This document shows positions 1 to 9,896 of a stretch of DNA of 32,000 nt, piece after piece (the first letter of the stretch is position 1; the number at the start of each line of letters is the position of its first letter). The stretch comes from Desulfobulbus propionicus DSM 2032 (lineage in GTDB: Bacteria > Desulfobacterota > Desulfobulbia > Desulfobulbales > Desulfobulbaceae), in the NCBI RefSeq assembly GCF_000186885.1, contig NC_014972.1, positions 3,300,001 to 3,332,000 of the forward strand, in the 5' to 3' direction. The position numbers were made by a program, and so were the translations under genes. The notes beneath the pieces are model-generated. The model ran no database searches, was not told the origin of the DNA, and saw only the letters and a list, made by a program, of their open reading frames with translations.

Positions 1-1
1 C

Positions 2-1144
2 TGGATCCTGCGGGTGACGATCAACCTGAAGAACATCGACGACATCGTCCATAAGGCGTGGATCGGCACCCTGAGTGATGCCTACATCGTCAACGGCAAG
101 AATATCCTCCAGACCAGGCCGCGCTTCGGCGGCGACTTCCTTGAACCCGCCGGTGGACCGGATTTTTCTTCAACCGTGGCCACCAAGATCTCCCGACTCG
201 CCTATAAAGGCAGCGAGGCGTTCTACGCCGCCATTCCCGTCGCCAACACCAAGTGGGTGCTGGTGATCAAGGAAAATCCCGATGAAATTCTTTCCCCGCT
301 GCAAAAGGGCAAATATTGGATGGCCTTCCTTTCGCTGCTGGGCTTGACCATCATCGCCACCGGCGCCGCCTTGTTCACCAACACCCTGATCAACCGCATC
401 GAGGAAACGGATCGCGAGAATGCCGCCAATTCCGATATGCTGCTCCAGGCCAACAAGATGATCGCCCTCAGCAAGATGGCTGCGGGCATCGCCCATGAGG
501 TCAACAATCCCCTGGCTTCGATTTCCGAAAAGGCTGGTTGGATGAAAGACCTGCTTGCCGAAGAGGATATCGCCGCCAGCCCCAATTTCGCCGAGTTCAG
601 TGAATCGATCGACAAGATCGAGTATCATGTCGACAGGGCAAGAAAAATAGTTCACAACCTGCTTGGTTTTGCCCGAAGAATGGAACCAGCCAAAGAGAAG
701 ATCAACATCAACAACCTGCTCGACGAAACGACCGGATTGCTGGAAAACGAGGCCCGGTATGTCAACATCCTCATCAAAAAGCAGTATGCGGAAAATGTCC
801 CGGTGATCACCAGCGACCTGTCCCAGATCCAGCAGGTGGTGCTCAACCTGCTCAACAATGCCATCGACGCCATCGGCAGTGACGGCACGATCACTGTCGG
901 CTCGCGCTATCTTGAGGACACCGACCAGGTGGAGCTGTGGGTCGCCGATACCGGCAAGGGCATACCTGAAGCCGAGCAGAGCAAGATCTTCGAACCGTTC
1001 TTCACCACCAAGGCTGTTGGCAAGGGCACGGGCCTTGGACTTTCCATTTCATACAGCATTATCGAAAAGCTGGGCGGGAAAATGCGGGTTCAGAGCAAGG
1101 TAGGCGAGGGAACGATGTTCACCATTCTTCTTCCGAAAAATTAA
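2..1144 (+). CDS. Sensor histidine kinase, C-terminal portion of Cache domain + TM + HisKA + HATPase (5' truncated by window edge)
   Basis: Frame is open to the window edge; H-box [16 protein letters not shown]; N-box [10 protein letters not shown]; G1 [12 protein letters not shown]; G2 [20 protein letters not shown]; upstream sequence resembles the distal part of a periplasmic Cache domain followed by a TM segment. Confidence 0.93.
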   Translation, partial: WILRVTINLKNIDDIVHKAWIGTLSDAYIVNGKNILQTRPRFGGDFLEPAGGPDFSSTVATKISRLAYKGSEAFYAAIPVANTKWVLVIKENPDEILSPLQKGKYWMAFLSLLGLTIIATGAALFTNTLINRIEETDRENAANSDMLLQANKMIALSKMAAGIAHEVNNPLASISEKAGWMKDLLAEEDIAASPNFAEFSESIDKIEYHVDRARKIVHNLLGFARRMEPAKEKININNLLDETTGLLENEARYVNILIKKQYAENVPVITSDLSQIQQVVLNLLNNAIDAIGSDGTITVGSRYLEDTDQVELWVADTGKGIPEAEQSKIFEPFFTTKAVGKGTGLGLSISYSIIEKLGGKMRVQSKVGEGTMFTILLPKN

Positions 1145-1150
1145 GGGTAC

Positions 1151-1537
1151 ATGATGGATACGTTGCGGGTTTTATTTGTGGATGACGAGGATGATTTTCG
1201 GGAAACCATTGTCAAAAGGCTGAATGCAAGAAAAATCCAGGCCATGGGTGCCGAAAGCGGTTTCAAGGCCCTGGAAATTCTTAAAGACCACGATTTTGAC
1301 GTCATGGTGCTGGACGTCAAGATGCCGGGCATGGACGGGATTGAAACCCTGCGGCACGTGAAGAAGATGAAACCGGAGATCGAGGTCATCATGCTCACCG
1401 GTCATGCCTCGGTGGAGTTTGGCCTCAAGGGCATGCAGCTCGGTGCCTTTGACTATGTGATGAAACCGGCGCCGCTCAACGAACTGCTCGACACCATCGG
1501 TCAGGCCTACAACAAGAAACGTGGCGTGATTCACTGA
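1151..1537 (+). CDS. Stand-alone response regulator receiver (REC) protein, RR1
   Basis: VLFVDDEDDFRE, MVLDVKMPGMDGIETL, VIMLTGHASV, MKPA motifs; ~128 aa with no output domain; starts 6 bp after the preceding kinase stop. Confidence 0.95.
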   Translation: MMDTLRVLFVDDEDDFRETIVKRLNARKIQAMGAESGFKALEILKDHDFDVMVLDVKMPGMDGIETLRHVKKMKPEIEVIMLTGHASVEFGLKGMQLGAFDYVMKPAPLNELLDTIGQAYNKKRGVIH

Positions 1538-1652
1538 AAGAGCCACGTCAGCGAAATGCTGGCCGTCATGCTTCCATGTCCGGCCGCCACCGGACAGCAC
1601 GGCAAGCAGGCAGGGCGCAACGGTATCGCATTGTGACGGAGAGGCCGAACCA

Positions 1653-3443
1653 ATGAGAGTCTGGGATACAAGTCATCTGCTCGATGATATACCGGCCAGC
1701 AAAACCGCTTCCACCGAGCATGTCTACGACTATACCGACAGTCAGGCCAACCTGAACCGCATTCGACAGCACTTCAAACAGCTCCAGACCCGGTTGATCC
1801 TGGGCTTGGTGGTCGGCTTTCTGCTGCCCAACGCCCTGCTTTCCGCCTACTTTCATTACCAGTTTGCCCATACCCTGAAAAACAGCGCCAAGCTCAATCT
1901 GATCGCGGTGGCGGAGAGCCAGAAAAACACTATCGATCTCTACCTGCAGGAACGGCTGGTCAATCTGTACAACCTGTTCCACAGCAAGGAATTCACCCTG
2001 TCGCCCACCCAGGCGCACATGGACAATTCGCTGAGCAGTCTCAAACACTTCAACGACGGCTTTGTCGATGTCGGTTTTTTAAATCCCAACGGCATCCAGA
2101 TCGGCTACGCTGGGCCCTTTGCCTCGCTGCTTGGCAAGGATTACAGCAAGGAGGACTGGTACCAGAGGCTGCTCAAGGAAAACAAGAGCTATCTGATCAG
2201 CGACATCTATACGGGATTTCGCAATGTTCCCCATTTCACCATCGCCACCAAGCAGGTTTTCGACGGCCGCACCTATGTGATGCGCGCCTCCTTGGATCCA
2301 GACAAGCTCTACCTGTACCTGCGCGCCATCAGCCAAGGCAAGGGGGTGGAGTCGACCCTGGTCAACCGTCAAGGGCAGTACCAGGTGGTCGATCCCGGCC
2401 GCAGCCAACTTCCTGGGAGCAGCGACTATCTGCCGCCGGTAACCGCCGCTTCCGGGGTGGAAGAGTTGGTGCTCAACGATCAGAACATGCTGGTGGCCTA
2501 TTCCTGGCTCAAGGAAACGCCTTGGGCCCTGCTGGCCATGCAGCCGGTGGCGGTGGCCCAGGCCGGCATGATCCGAGCACGACTGGTGCTGACCATCGGC
2601 CTGATTGGCGTTAGCCTGATTGTTTCGGTCATCATTTTTTTCACCATCAAGAAACTGGTCCGCCGCGCACGGCGCATGGCGGAAAAAGGGCAGCAGCTGC
2701 AGGAGATGCTTGCCCATGCCTCCAAGCTCGCATCCATCGGCGAACTGGCCGCAGGCGTGGCCCACGAGATCAACAACCCCCTGGCGATCATCATGGCCAC
2801 CAGCGGCGTGATCCGCGATATGCTGAACCCCGAGTTCGAACTCGATCACAGCCCGGAGGCCATCTGCAAGGAGCTCTCGGTCATCGACGCGGCTGCCACC
2901 CGAGCCAAGGGCATTACCCGCAAACTCCAGGACATGGGCAAGAGCCGGGTTCCCTGCACGGTGGCATGCGATGTCAACGCCTTGGTCGAAGAGGTGGTGA
3001 CCCGACTGAAAAAAGTCGAATTCAAGCCCAAACACTTCGACGTGCAGTGCCAGCTTGCCCCCGATCTGCCCCACATCTTAGCTGAACCAGAGCCGTTGCG
3101 GCAGGTGTTCGCCAACATTCTGATCAATGCCGGTGACGCCATTGCCGACAAGGGGACCATCACCATAGCCACCGAGGCCAAGGATGGCATGGTGTTGGTC
3201 ACCATCGCCGATACCGGCAAGGGGATCCCGCCGGAGAACCTCCAGCGGATTTTCAACCCGTTTTTCACCACCAAGGGCGGGGGCAAGGGAACCGGCCTGG
3301 GCTTGAGCATTGCGGCAAGCATCGTCAAATACCTTGGTGGCACGATCAAGGTCAACAGTATCCCGGGAACAGGCAGTTCCTTTACCATCCTGCTCCCGGT
3401 CAACGAGCAGGCCAAGAAAACGATCAAGCAACACGACAAGTAA
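1653..3443 (+). CDS. Cache-domain sensor histidine kinase (HK2)
   Basis: TM1 (LILGLVVGFLLPNALLSAYF), ~250 aa periplasmic dCache-like domain (GYAGPFASLLGKDYSKEDWYQ..YLISDIYTGFRNVPHFTIA), TM2, H-box LAAGVAHEINNPLAII, G boxes GKGIPPENL and GKGTGLGLS. Confidence 0.95.
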   Translation: MRVWDTSHLLDDIPASKTASTEHVYDYTDSQANLNRIRQHFKQLQTRLILGLVVGFLLPNALLSAYFHYQFAHTLKNSAKLNLIAVAESQKNTIDLYLQERLVNLYNLFHSKEFTLSPTQAHMDNSLSSLKHFNDGFVDVGFLNPNGIQIGYAGPFASLLGKDYSKEDWYQRLLKENKSYLISDIYTGFRNVPHFTIATKQVFDGRTYVMRASLDPDKLYLYLRAISQGKGVESTLVNRQGQYQVVDPGRSQLPGSSDYLPPVTAASGVEELVLNDQNMLVAYSWLKETPWALLAMQPVAVAQAGMIRARLVLTIGLIGVSLIVSVIIFFTIKKLVRRARRMAEKGQQLQEMLAHASKLASIGELAAGVAHEINNPLAIIMATSGVIRDMLNPEFELDHSPEAICKELSVIDAAATRAKGITRKLQDMGKSRVPCTVACDVNALVEEVVTRLKKVEFKPKHFDVQCQLAPDLPHILAEPEPLRQVFANILINAGDAIADKGTITIATEAKDGMVLVTIADTGKGIPPENLQRIFNPFFTTKGGGKGTGLGLSIAASIVKYLGGTIKVNSIPGTGSSFTILLPVNEQAKKTIKQHDK

Positions 3444-3453
3444 ACGCACCATT

Positions 3454-3888
3454 ATGGAAAAAAAACAAAGAGGATTTAAAGTTTTACTGGTTGACGACGA
3501 GGATATTTTCCGTGAGGCCACGGCCCGCCAGCTGACCGTGCGCGGTTTTGTCGTGCTCACGGCCGCCAGCGGTGAGGAAGCGCTCACTGTGGTCAGCAGC
3601 GATCCGCCCGAGGTGGTGGTGCTCGACCAGGAAATGCCTGGCCTGCATGGATCGGATACCTTTGTAGAAATCAAGAAGATCAACCCACTGATCGAGGTGA
3701 TCATGCTCACCGGCAACACCAGTGTCGACAACGCCATCGAACTGATGCGGCTGGGGACCTTCGACTACCTGATGAAACCGATCAACATCGACGAACTGCT
3801 CTATAAGATCGAAGATGCCTACACCCGGAAAAAACTCAACGAAAAGCAGCAGCGTGAAACGGGCCAAGAGAAGCCGATGCGAGCTTAA
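3454..3888 (+). CDS. Stand-alone response regulator receiver protein, RR2
   Basis: VLLVDDEDIFRE, VVVLDQEMPG, VIMLTGNTSV, LMKPIN; ATG at 3454 chosen over the longer ORF, which overlaps HK2. Confidence 0.93.
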   Translation: MEKKQRGFKVLLVDDEDIFREATARQLTVRGFVVLTAASGEEALTVVSSDPPEVVVLDQEMPGLHGSDTFVEIKKINPLIEVIMLTGNTSVDNAIELMRLGTFDYLMKPINIDELLYKIEDAYTRKKLNEKQQRETGQEKPMRA

Positions 3889-3928
3889 GGTCCGCCACTT
3901 TCATCAGTGCTGCCGATAAAGGCGATTC

Positions 3929-6562
3929 ATGCTGAAAAAACTGGCCGCGTTTTCTAAAAAATTTTTTTTCTTCCATCAGGAGGAAAGCGACCCGGTACTG
4001 GAAGCCGAAGAGGTGGAGGCGCTCCGGTTGACGTTCAAGTCCCGGTATCACAGCTTCAAACTGTTGCTGGCCGCCAACACCAGAATATTGGAGGCCATGG
4101 CCGAAATTGAACGGGCACTGCAGGGCAACGAGCCGTTCAGCATGTCGTTCGTCCAAACCCACTGCACCTCGATTTCGGTCAATGTTTTCCGGATGATCAA
4201 TGACATGGAAAACATCGCCCCGGGCAAATACACGGCCTTGCGCGACAGTTTTCTTGCTATCCAGAAACGGATCGATGCCCTGCTTGGCTCGAAGAAGCAG
4301 ATCTCCGATACCCGTCTCGTCATCCCTCTTGAAGCAGTCAACAGCGACATGACCGATCTGGTCGGCGGCAAGATGGCCAACCTGGGCGACATTAAAAACC
4401 GGCTGCACATGCATGTGCCCAGCGGCTTTGTGATCACCGCCGCCGCCCACGAGATGTTCATGCAGGCTGACGGTCTGCAACGCGAAATCGACCGGCTTTT
4501 TCAGGTGGCCGGTTCCGACGAAGACCGCAATCTTGATCTGGTCAGTTCCCAGATCCGGCAGCTGATCATGTCGGCCGAGGTGCCGGAACCTATTTATCTG
4601 GCTGTGGTCGAGGCCTACACCCGGATGAAGACCGCCAACAACGGTCAGGATATCCGGATGGCGGTCCGCAGCAGCGCCTTTGGCGAGGATGCGGAAAACA
4701 CCTCCTTTGCCGGCCAGTACCGTAGCGAGCTCAACGTTGGTTTCTCTCAGTTCTTCTACTATTACAAGCAGGTCATGGCCTCCAAGTACAGCGTCCAGGC
4801 CATCGCCTACAAACTCAGCCGAGGTTTCCGTGACGAGGATATCGCCATGTGCGTCGGCTGCCTGGCGATGATCGACGCCGTTGCCGGCGGGGTGATCTAC
4901 ACCCGCAACCCTTTGGACACCAAGGATGACGCCATCTACATCAACTCGGTCTGGGGCCTGCCCAAGGCAGTGGTTGACGGCGATGCCTTGTGCGACTTGT
5001 TCGTGGTTGCCCGGGACGACGCCCTGACCATCCTCCGCCGGGACGTGCGGGAAAAAGGCTACCGGATCGACTCATTCGAGGAGGAGGGGTGTATCCGCAC
5101 CGCGACCGGGGACGAACAACGGACCATGCCCTCACTGACCGACGAACAGGTGCAGTTGCTCGCCGATCATGCGGTTCGGATCGAGCAGTACTATGAAACA
5201 CCCCAGGATATCGAATGGGCCATCGACACCGACGGCAAGGTGTACATCCTCCAATCCCGCCCCCTGCAGCAGATGGAATCCATCCTGCCTGGCCCTGACC
5301 TGGATCTCAAGCGGTTCGAATCGTCCCTGCTGGTTGAGGGGGGAATCAACGCCAGTCCCGGCGTGGCCTGCGGCAAGGTGTTCAAGGTGGCCAAGAAGGT
5401 CGATATCCTTCAGTTTCCCGAAGGCGCGGTCCTGGTGGTGGAACAGGCGCTGCCCACCTGGGCGCCGCTAGTGGCCCGAGCCGCTGCGGTGGTCTCCGAG
5501 CAGGGTGGATTTGCCGGCCATCTGGCCAACGTGGCCAGGGAATTCGGCATTCCCGCAGTCTTTGGGGTCAGCGGGGCCATGGCCAAGATGCACAATGGCG
5601 ATGCGGTCACCGTGGCAGCCGATCTTGGCCAAGTCTATCTGGGAAACATCGCCCCTCTGCTCGAATGGACGAGGCCAGAACCAAAACTGATGCTGGGCAG
5701 TCCGGTGTACGAATCGCTCAAGGAAGTCAGCCGCCATATCATCCCCTTGCATCTTCTCGATCCGGAATCACGCGATTTCGTGCCCCAGAATTGTCAAACC
5801 TTCCACGACATCACCCGTTTCATCCACGAAAAGTCGGTGTATGAAATGTTCAATTTCGGCAAGGATCACAGTTTTTCCGAACGCTCCAGCAAACAGCTGT
5901 ACTACCGGGTGCCGATGAATTGGTGGATACTCAACCTGGATGACGGTTTCACCCACGAAATCCACAGCAAATACGTTAAGTTGGAGGACATCGCCTCCAT
6001 CCCGATGCTTGCCTTCTGGGAGGGCTTTGCCGCCATTCCCTGGGATGGCCCGCCGGCCATGGACGGCAAGGGCATGACCTCGATCATGTTCCGTTCGACC
6101 ATGAACACCGCCCTGGTTCCGGGCATCAAATCCAAGTACGCCGATCGCAATTATTTCATGGTGTCCAGAAACTACTGCACCCTCAGTTCCCGCCTGGGAT
6201 ATCACTTTTCCACCATGGAGGCCATGGTCAGCGAGCGCTCGGCGGAAAACTATCTTGGCTTCAAGTTCAAGGGCGGTGCCGCCGATTTCGAGCGCTGTCT
6301 GGGCCGGGTCCATTTCATTCGCGAGATCCTCGAGCGCTACGGCTTCCGCGCCATGGTCAACGGCGACAACCTTGACGCCCGCATGGAGGGCCATGACATG
6401 GATTACATGCTCAGCCGCCTGAAAATCCTGGGGTACCTGACCCTCCACACGCGGCAACTCGACATGATCATGAACAACAGCGCCTTGGTCGGCTATTACA
6501 TGAATAAGCTCACCAAGGACATTGATTCACTGCTGCAGGAGCAGTACCTCTGCACGGCGTGA
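3929..6562 (+). CDS. PPDK/PEP-synthase-like PEP/pyruvate-binding domain protein, paralog 1 (non-canonical C-terminus)
   Basis: LVGGKMANLGDIKNRLHMHVPSGFVIT and AVRSSAFGEDAENTSFAGQY and PQDIEWAIDTDGKVYILQSRPL (PPDK_N ATP-grasp); SEQGGFAGHLANVAREFGIPAVFG (swivelling His domain); then ~300 aa without recognisable PEP-utiliser TIM barrel. Confidence 0.92.
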   Translation: MLKKLAAFSKKFFFFHQEESDPVLEAEEVEALRLTFKSRYHSFKLLLAANTRILEAMAEIERALQGNEPFSMSFVQTHCTSISVNVFRMINDMENIAPGKYTALRDSFLAIQKRIDALLGSKKQISDTRLVIPLEAVNSDMTDLVGGKMANLGDIKNRLHMHVPSGFVITAAAHEMFMQADGLQREIDRLFQVAGSDEDRNLDLVSSQIRQLIMSAEVPEPIYLAVVEAYTRMKTANNGQDIRMAVRSSAFGEDAENTSFAGQYRSELNVGFSQFFYYYKQVMASKYSVQAIAYKLSRGFRDEDIAMCVGCLAMIDAVAGGVIYTRNPLDTKDDAIYINSVWGLPKAVVDGDALCDLFVVARDDALTILRRDVREKGYRIDSFEEEGCIRTATGDEQRTMPSLTDEQVQLLADHAVRIEQYYETPQDIEWAIDTDGKVYILQSRPLQQMESILPGPDLDLKRFESSLLVEGGINASPGVACGKVFKVAKKVDILQFPEGAVLVVEQALPTWAPLVARAAAVVSEQGGFAGHLANVAREFGIPAVFGVSGAMAKMHNGDAVTVAADLGQVYLGNIAPLLEWTRPEPKLMLGSPVYESLKEVSRHIIPLHLLDPESRDFVPQNCQTFHDITRFIHEKSVYEMFNFGKDHSFSERSSKQLYYRVPMNWWILNLDDGFTHEIHSKYVKLEDIASIPMLAFWEGFAAIPWDGPPAMDGKGMTSIMFRSTMNTALVPGIKSKYADRNYFMVSRNYCTLSSRLGYHFSTMEAMVSERSAENYLGFKFKGGAADFERCLGRVHFIREILERYGFRAMVNGDNLDARMEGHDMDYMLSRLKILGYLTLHTRQLDMIMNNSALVGYYMNKLTKDIDSLLQEQYLCTA

Positions 6563-6664
6563 CCGTGCATGGTTGGTGGCCGCCGTTCCATCGAGGGCGG
6601 CTCGTCCGTTAACAGTGGAGTCATGCTATCCGGCGTGCACCGGTGACTCGGAAGTGGAGGAACA

Positions 6665-7039
6665 ATGAGAAAGGTTTTAAGCATGCTATCCATGGCGACG
6701 TACTTCTTGCTTGCCGTCGGGGCCCTGGCCGCTGACAAGGCAACCATCAAAAAGAATGTCGATGACATGGTGGCGGCCATCAACAGCGGCAAGGAGGCAA
6801 CCAGCTACAGAGCCGATACCTATACCCCGTATGCGTTCATTATGGAGCCGAACGGCAAACTGATCGTCCACCCGTATCTCGCCGGAGAATATCTCCAGGA
6901 GAAAGCGGAACCCATCTACAAAGCCCTGCAACAGGCGACCATGGAAGGGACCTGGGTGTCCTATCTCTGGAAAGGTGCGCTCAAGGAGACCTATGTGCGG
7001 CGGACCAAAAGCAATCTGACCGTCGGCAGCGGCTACTGA
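6665..7039 (+). CDS. Small secreted single Cache-domain protein
   Basis: N-terminal signal peptide (MRKVLSMLSMATYFLLAVGALAADK), Cache-like core (YAFIMEPNGKLIVHPYLAGEYL...GTWVSYLWKG); upstream GGAGG ribosome binding site. Confidence 0.78.
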   Translation: MRKVLSMLSMATYFLLAVGALAADKATIKKNVDDMVAAINSGKEATSYRADTYTPYAFIMEPNGKLIVHPYLAGEYLQEKAEPIYKALQQATMEGTWVSYLWKGALKETYVRRTKSNLTVGSGY

Positions 7040-7221
7040 CCGCTGGCGCATTCTGGGTCGCGCGAGGGGCTATGTGTGGTGCCGGGCTGAAGGATCGCCG
7101 GACAGGGAAAAATCAATCTTTCGATCCATACGGAAAACCGGTTTTGCCGTTCAGACACGGCGGCACGGGCCGCCAATGGTTTATCCACATGCCGAACCAA
7201 TCTTGATTGCGGAGAAAGACC

Positions 7222-9837
7222 ATGTCCACCATTCTTGGTAATCTCAGACAGCTCTTCAAGGATTTCCGCGCCAGGAGCGGCTTGACGCTCCCCGTCAGCC
7301 CTGTGGGAATGAACGCCCTGTTCCGCTTCCGCTACACGCTGTTCAAGGAATTGCTGGTGGCCAACTCCGAGCTGCTCACCGTCCTGTCGGACATGGATGA
7401 AAAACTCAAAGGCGAGACGATCTTCGGCCTGTCCTACATCAACAACCAGGTCAACAAGGCCCTCAAACACGCCTTTCAGATGGTCAAATGCCTCAATGTC
7501 ATGTCCGGCGGCGCTTACCGCGAGCTCTACAACGCGTTGGAGCGGATCAACGAACAGATCAAGACCATCGTCAATGAGCGCAAAGTGGATCATGCCCCTC
7601 ACGCGGTCATGCCCTATGACCAGATCCACCTCAAGGACAGCGACTGGGCCGGCGGCAAGAACGCCAATCTGGGGGAGATCAAAAACTGCCTCAATATCCC
7701 GGTGCCCGAGGGATTTGCCATCACCACCAAAGGTTTTCACCTCTTCTTTGAGCACAACGACCTCAAAGAAGAGATTATCAAACAGAAAAACCTGATTTAT
7801 ATCAATGAATTTGACTTACTGAACAGCCTCAGCGCCGAGACGCTGCAACTGGTCCGTTCCAAACCCCTCCCGCCGGAACTGGAAGCAGAGATTCACGCCG
7901 CCTGCACCCGGCTCTGGGGAAATGACCAGGAGGTCCTGGTGGCGATGCGCAGCAGCGCGGTAGGTGAAGACGGCGACATTTCCTATGCCGGCCAGTACCT
8001 CACCCTGCTGGGGGTAACCCGGGACGAGATCTGCGAGGCCTACAAATCGATCATCGCCAGTCTTTACTCCGCCCGCTCCATTTCCTATCGCACTTCCAAA
8101 GGGGTGTATGACGAGGATCTGGCCATGGCCGTGGCCTGCCTCAAGATGGTCGACTCGCGGGCCAGCGGTGTCCTGTACACCCGCCATCCCTATGACATCA
8201 CCAACGAGCATATCTTGATCAACGCCGTCTGGGGCTTGGGTCCCTATGCGGTGGACGGGGTGGTAACGCCGGACGTTTATACCGTGTCCAAGGACGACGC
8301 TCTGACCCTGCTGGAAAAAAATATTTCACTCAAGCCGGTGCAGTTGGTGCTCAACCAAACAGGTGGTGTCGACGAGCGGCCCGTCCCCGCCGAACAGCAG
8401 CAGGCTGCCTGTCTCAGCGAGGCGCAGATCCGTCAGCTGGCTGGCTATGGCGTTGCCCTGGAAAAACATTACAAATGTCCCCAGGATGTTGAATGGGCAC
8501 TGGCTCCGGACGGCAACCTCCTCATTCTCCAATCGCGGCCGCTGAAGATTCAAAGCCCGAAAAATTTCTGTCTGCTCAAGGCCCCCCCCCTGGAGGGGTA
8601 TTCCCTGATCATCGACAATGCTGAAATTGCCTCGCAGGGAGTCGGCACCGGACCGGCCTTTCCGATCCAGACGGTGGAAGACCTGGTCAATTTCCCGCAA
8701 GGAGGGGTGTTGCTTGCCCGCCATTCATCCCCGGAATATGTGGTGGTGATGCGCCACTGCAGCGCCATCATCGTCGAAGCCGGCAGCGTCAGCGGCCACA
8801 TGGCGGCCTTGGCTCGAGAATTCAATGTCCCCACCATTATCTGCGCCCAACCGATCCTGGAACGAATCGCCCAGGGGACGGTGCTGACCGTTGACGCCTT
8901 TACCGGGCGGGTCTATGCAGGCACGGTTCATGAACTGCTGGCCGCGATCAAGAAGGATGACGCCCACATGAAGGGTACCCCGGTCTATGAACAGCTGCAG
9001 CGGATTGCCCAACATGTCATTCCGCTCCATCTGGTCAACCCGGCTGCCCCGGAATTCACCGCCGCAGGGTGCACCACCCTGCACGACCTTGCCCGCTTCT
9101 GCCACGAATTTTCGTACAAGGAGATGTTTCAAATAAGTGATTTGGCATCGAAGTTCCATGGATGGTCGATCAAGTTGGATGCGCCCCTGCCTATGGACAT
9201 CCACCTGATCGATCTCGGCAATGGTCTGAAGGCAGAGGCGACGGCGAAATGGAACGCGGTCAAGGTCGAGGAGATCGCCTCTGTGCCATTTTCGGCGCTG
9301 TTGCAGGGCATGCTCAACAAAAACGTGCACGGCCTGGAACCGCGGCCGGTCAACCTCTCCGGTCTGCTGTCGGTGATGCGCGAACAGACCTTGGCCCCCG
9401 GACACGTGGGCGAACGTTTCGGTGACCGCAGTTACGCCATCATCGCCGACAAATACCTCAACTTCAGCTCGCGGGTGGGCTATCATTACAGCGTCATCGA
9501 CGCCTACTGTGGCGAGACCATCAACAAAAATTATATCACCTTCACCTTCAAGGGGGGAGCGGCCGACGACGTTCGCAAGAACAGGCGGGTCCGGGCCATC
9601 TCCCTGATCCTCGATCGGGAGGGGTTCAAGGTCAACGTCAAGGCCGACAAGGTCGATGCCCGGCTGCAGAAGTATCCCAAATCCTATATTGAAAGCCGGA
9701 TGGATATCCTTGGGCGATTGCTGATTTTTACCCGCCAGCTCGACATGCTCATGACCACGGAAAAAAGCGTGGAATGGGTGGCGGAAAACTTCGTGGCCGG
9801 CAACTACAAGCTGACAACGCCTCCCCTGGAACAATGA
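7222..9837 (+). CDS. PPDK/PEP-synthase-like protein, paralog 2 (non-canonical C-terminus)
   Basis: WAGGKNANLGEIKNCLNIPVPEGFAIT, AMRSSAVGEDGDISYAGQY, PQDVEWALAPDGNLLILQSRPL, EAGSVSGHMAALAREFNVPTII; ATG at 7222 preceded by GGAGAAAG. Confidence 0.92.
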   Translation: MSTILGNLRQLFKDFRARSGLTLPVSPVGMNALFRFRYTLFKELLVANSELLTVLSDMDEKLKGETIFGLSYINNQVNKALKHAFQMVKCLNVMSGGAYRELYNALERINEQIKTIVNERKVDHAPHAVMPYDQIHLKDSDWAGGKNANLGEIKNCLNIPVPEGFAITTKGFHLFFEHNDLKEEIIKQKNLIYINEFDLLNSLSAETLQLVRSKPLPPELEAEIHAACTRLWGNDQEVLVAMRSSAVGEDGDISYAGQYLTLLGVTRDEICEAYKSIIASLYSARSISYRTSKGVYDEDLAMAVACLKMVDSRASGVLYTRHPYDITNEHILINAVWGLGPYAVDGVVTPDVYTVSKDDALTLLEKNISLKPVQLVLNQTGGVDERPVPAEQQQAACLSEAQIRQLAGYGVALEKHYKCPQDVEWALAPDGNLLILQSRPLKIQSPKNFCLLKAPPLEGYSLIIDNAEIASQGVGTGPAFPIQTVEDLVNFPQGGVLLARHSSPEYVVVMRHCSAIIVEAGSVSGHMAALAREFNVPTIICAQPILERIAQGTVLTVDAFTGRVYAGTVHELLAAIKKDDAHMKGTPVYEQLQRIAQHVIPLHLVNPAAPEFTAAGCTTLHDLARFCHEFSYKEMFQISDLASKFHGWSIKLDAPLPMDIHLIDLGNGLKAEATAKWNAVKVEEIASVPFSALLQGMLNKNVHGLEPRPVNLSGLLSVMREQTLAPGHVGERFGDRSYAIIADKYLNFSSRVGYHYSVIDAYCGETINKNYITFTFKGGAADDVRKNRRVRAISLILDREGFKVNVKADKVDARLQKYPKSYIESRMDILGRLLIFTRQLDMLMTTEKSVEWVAENFVAGNYKLTTPPLEQ

Positions 9838-9896
9838 GGGCCCGCCTTTAATCGCGCAAGCGGCACCTCCGCAACCTTAACCGCACGGAACAGCCA

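Noticed and set aside
3912-3919. GCCGATAA resembling a flagellar sigma-28 -10 element before PPDK-like 1
   Set aside because: No TAAA-type -35 at the required ~15-nt spacing; likely chance.
8725-9834. 369-aa minus-strand ORF opposite PPDK-like 2
   Set aside because: Antisense shadow; the plus-strand frame is conserved between three paralogs.
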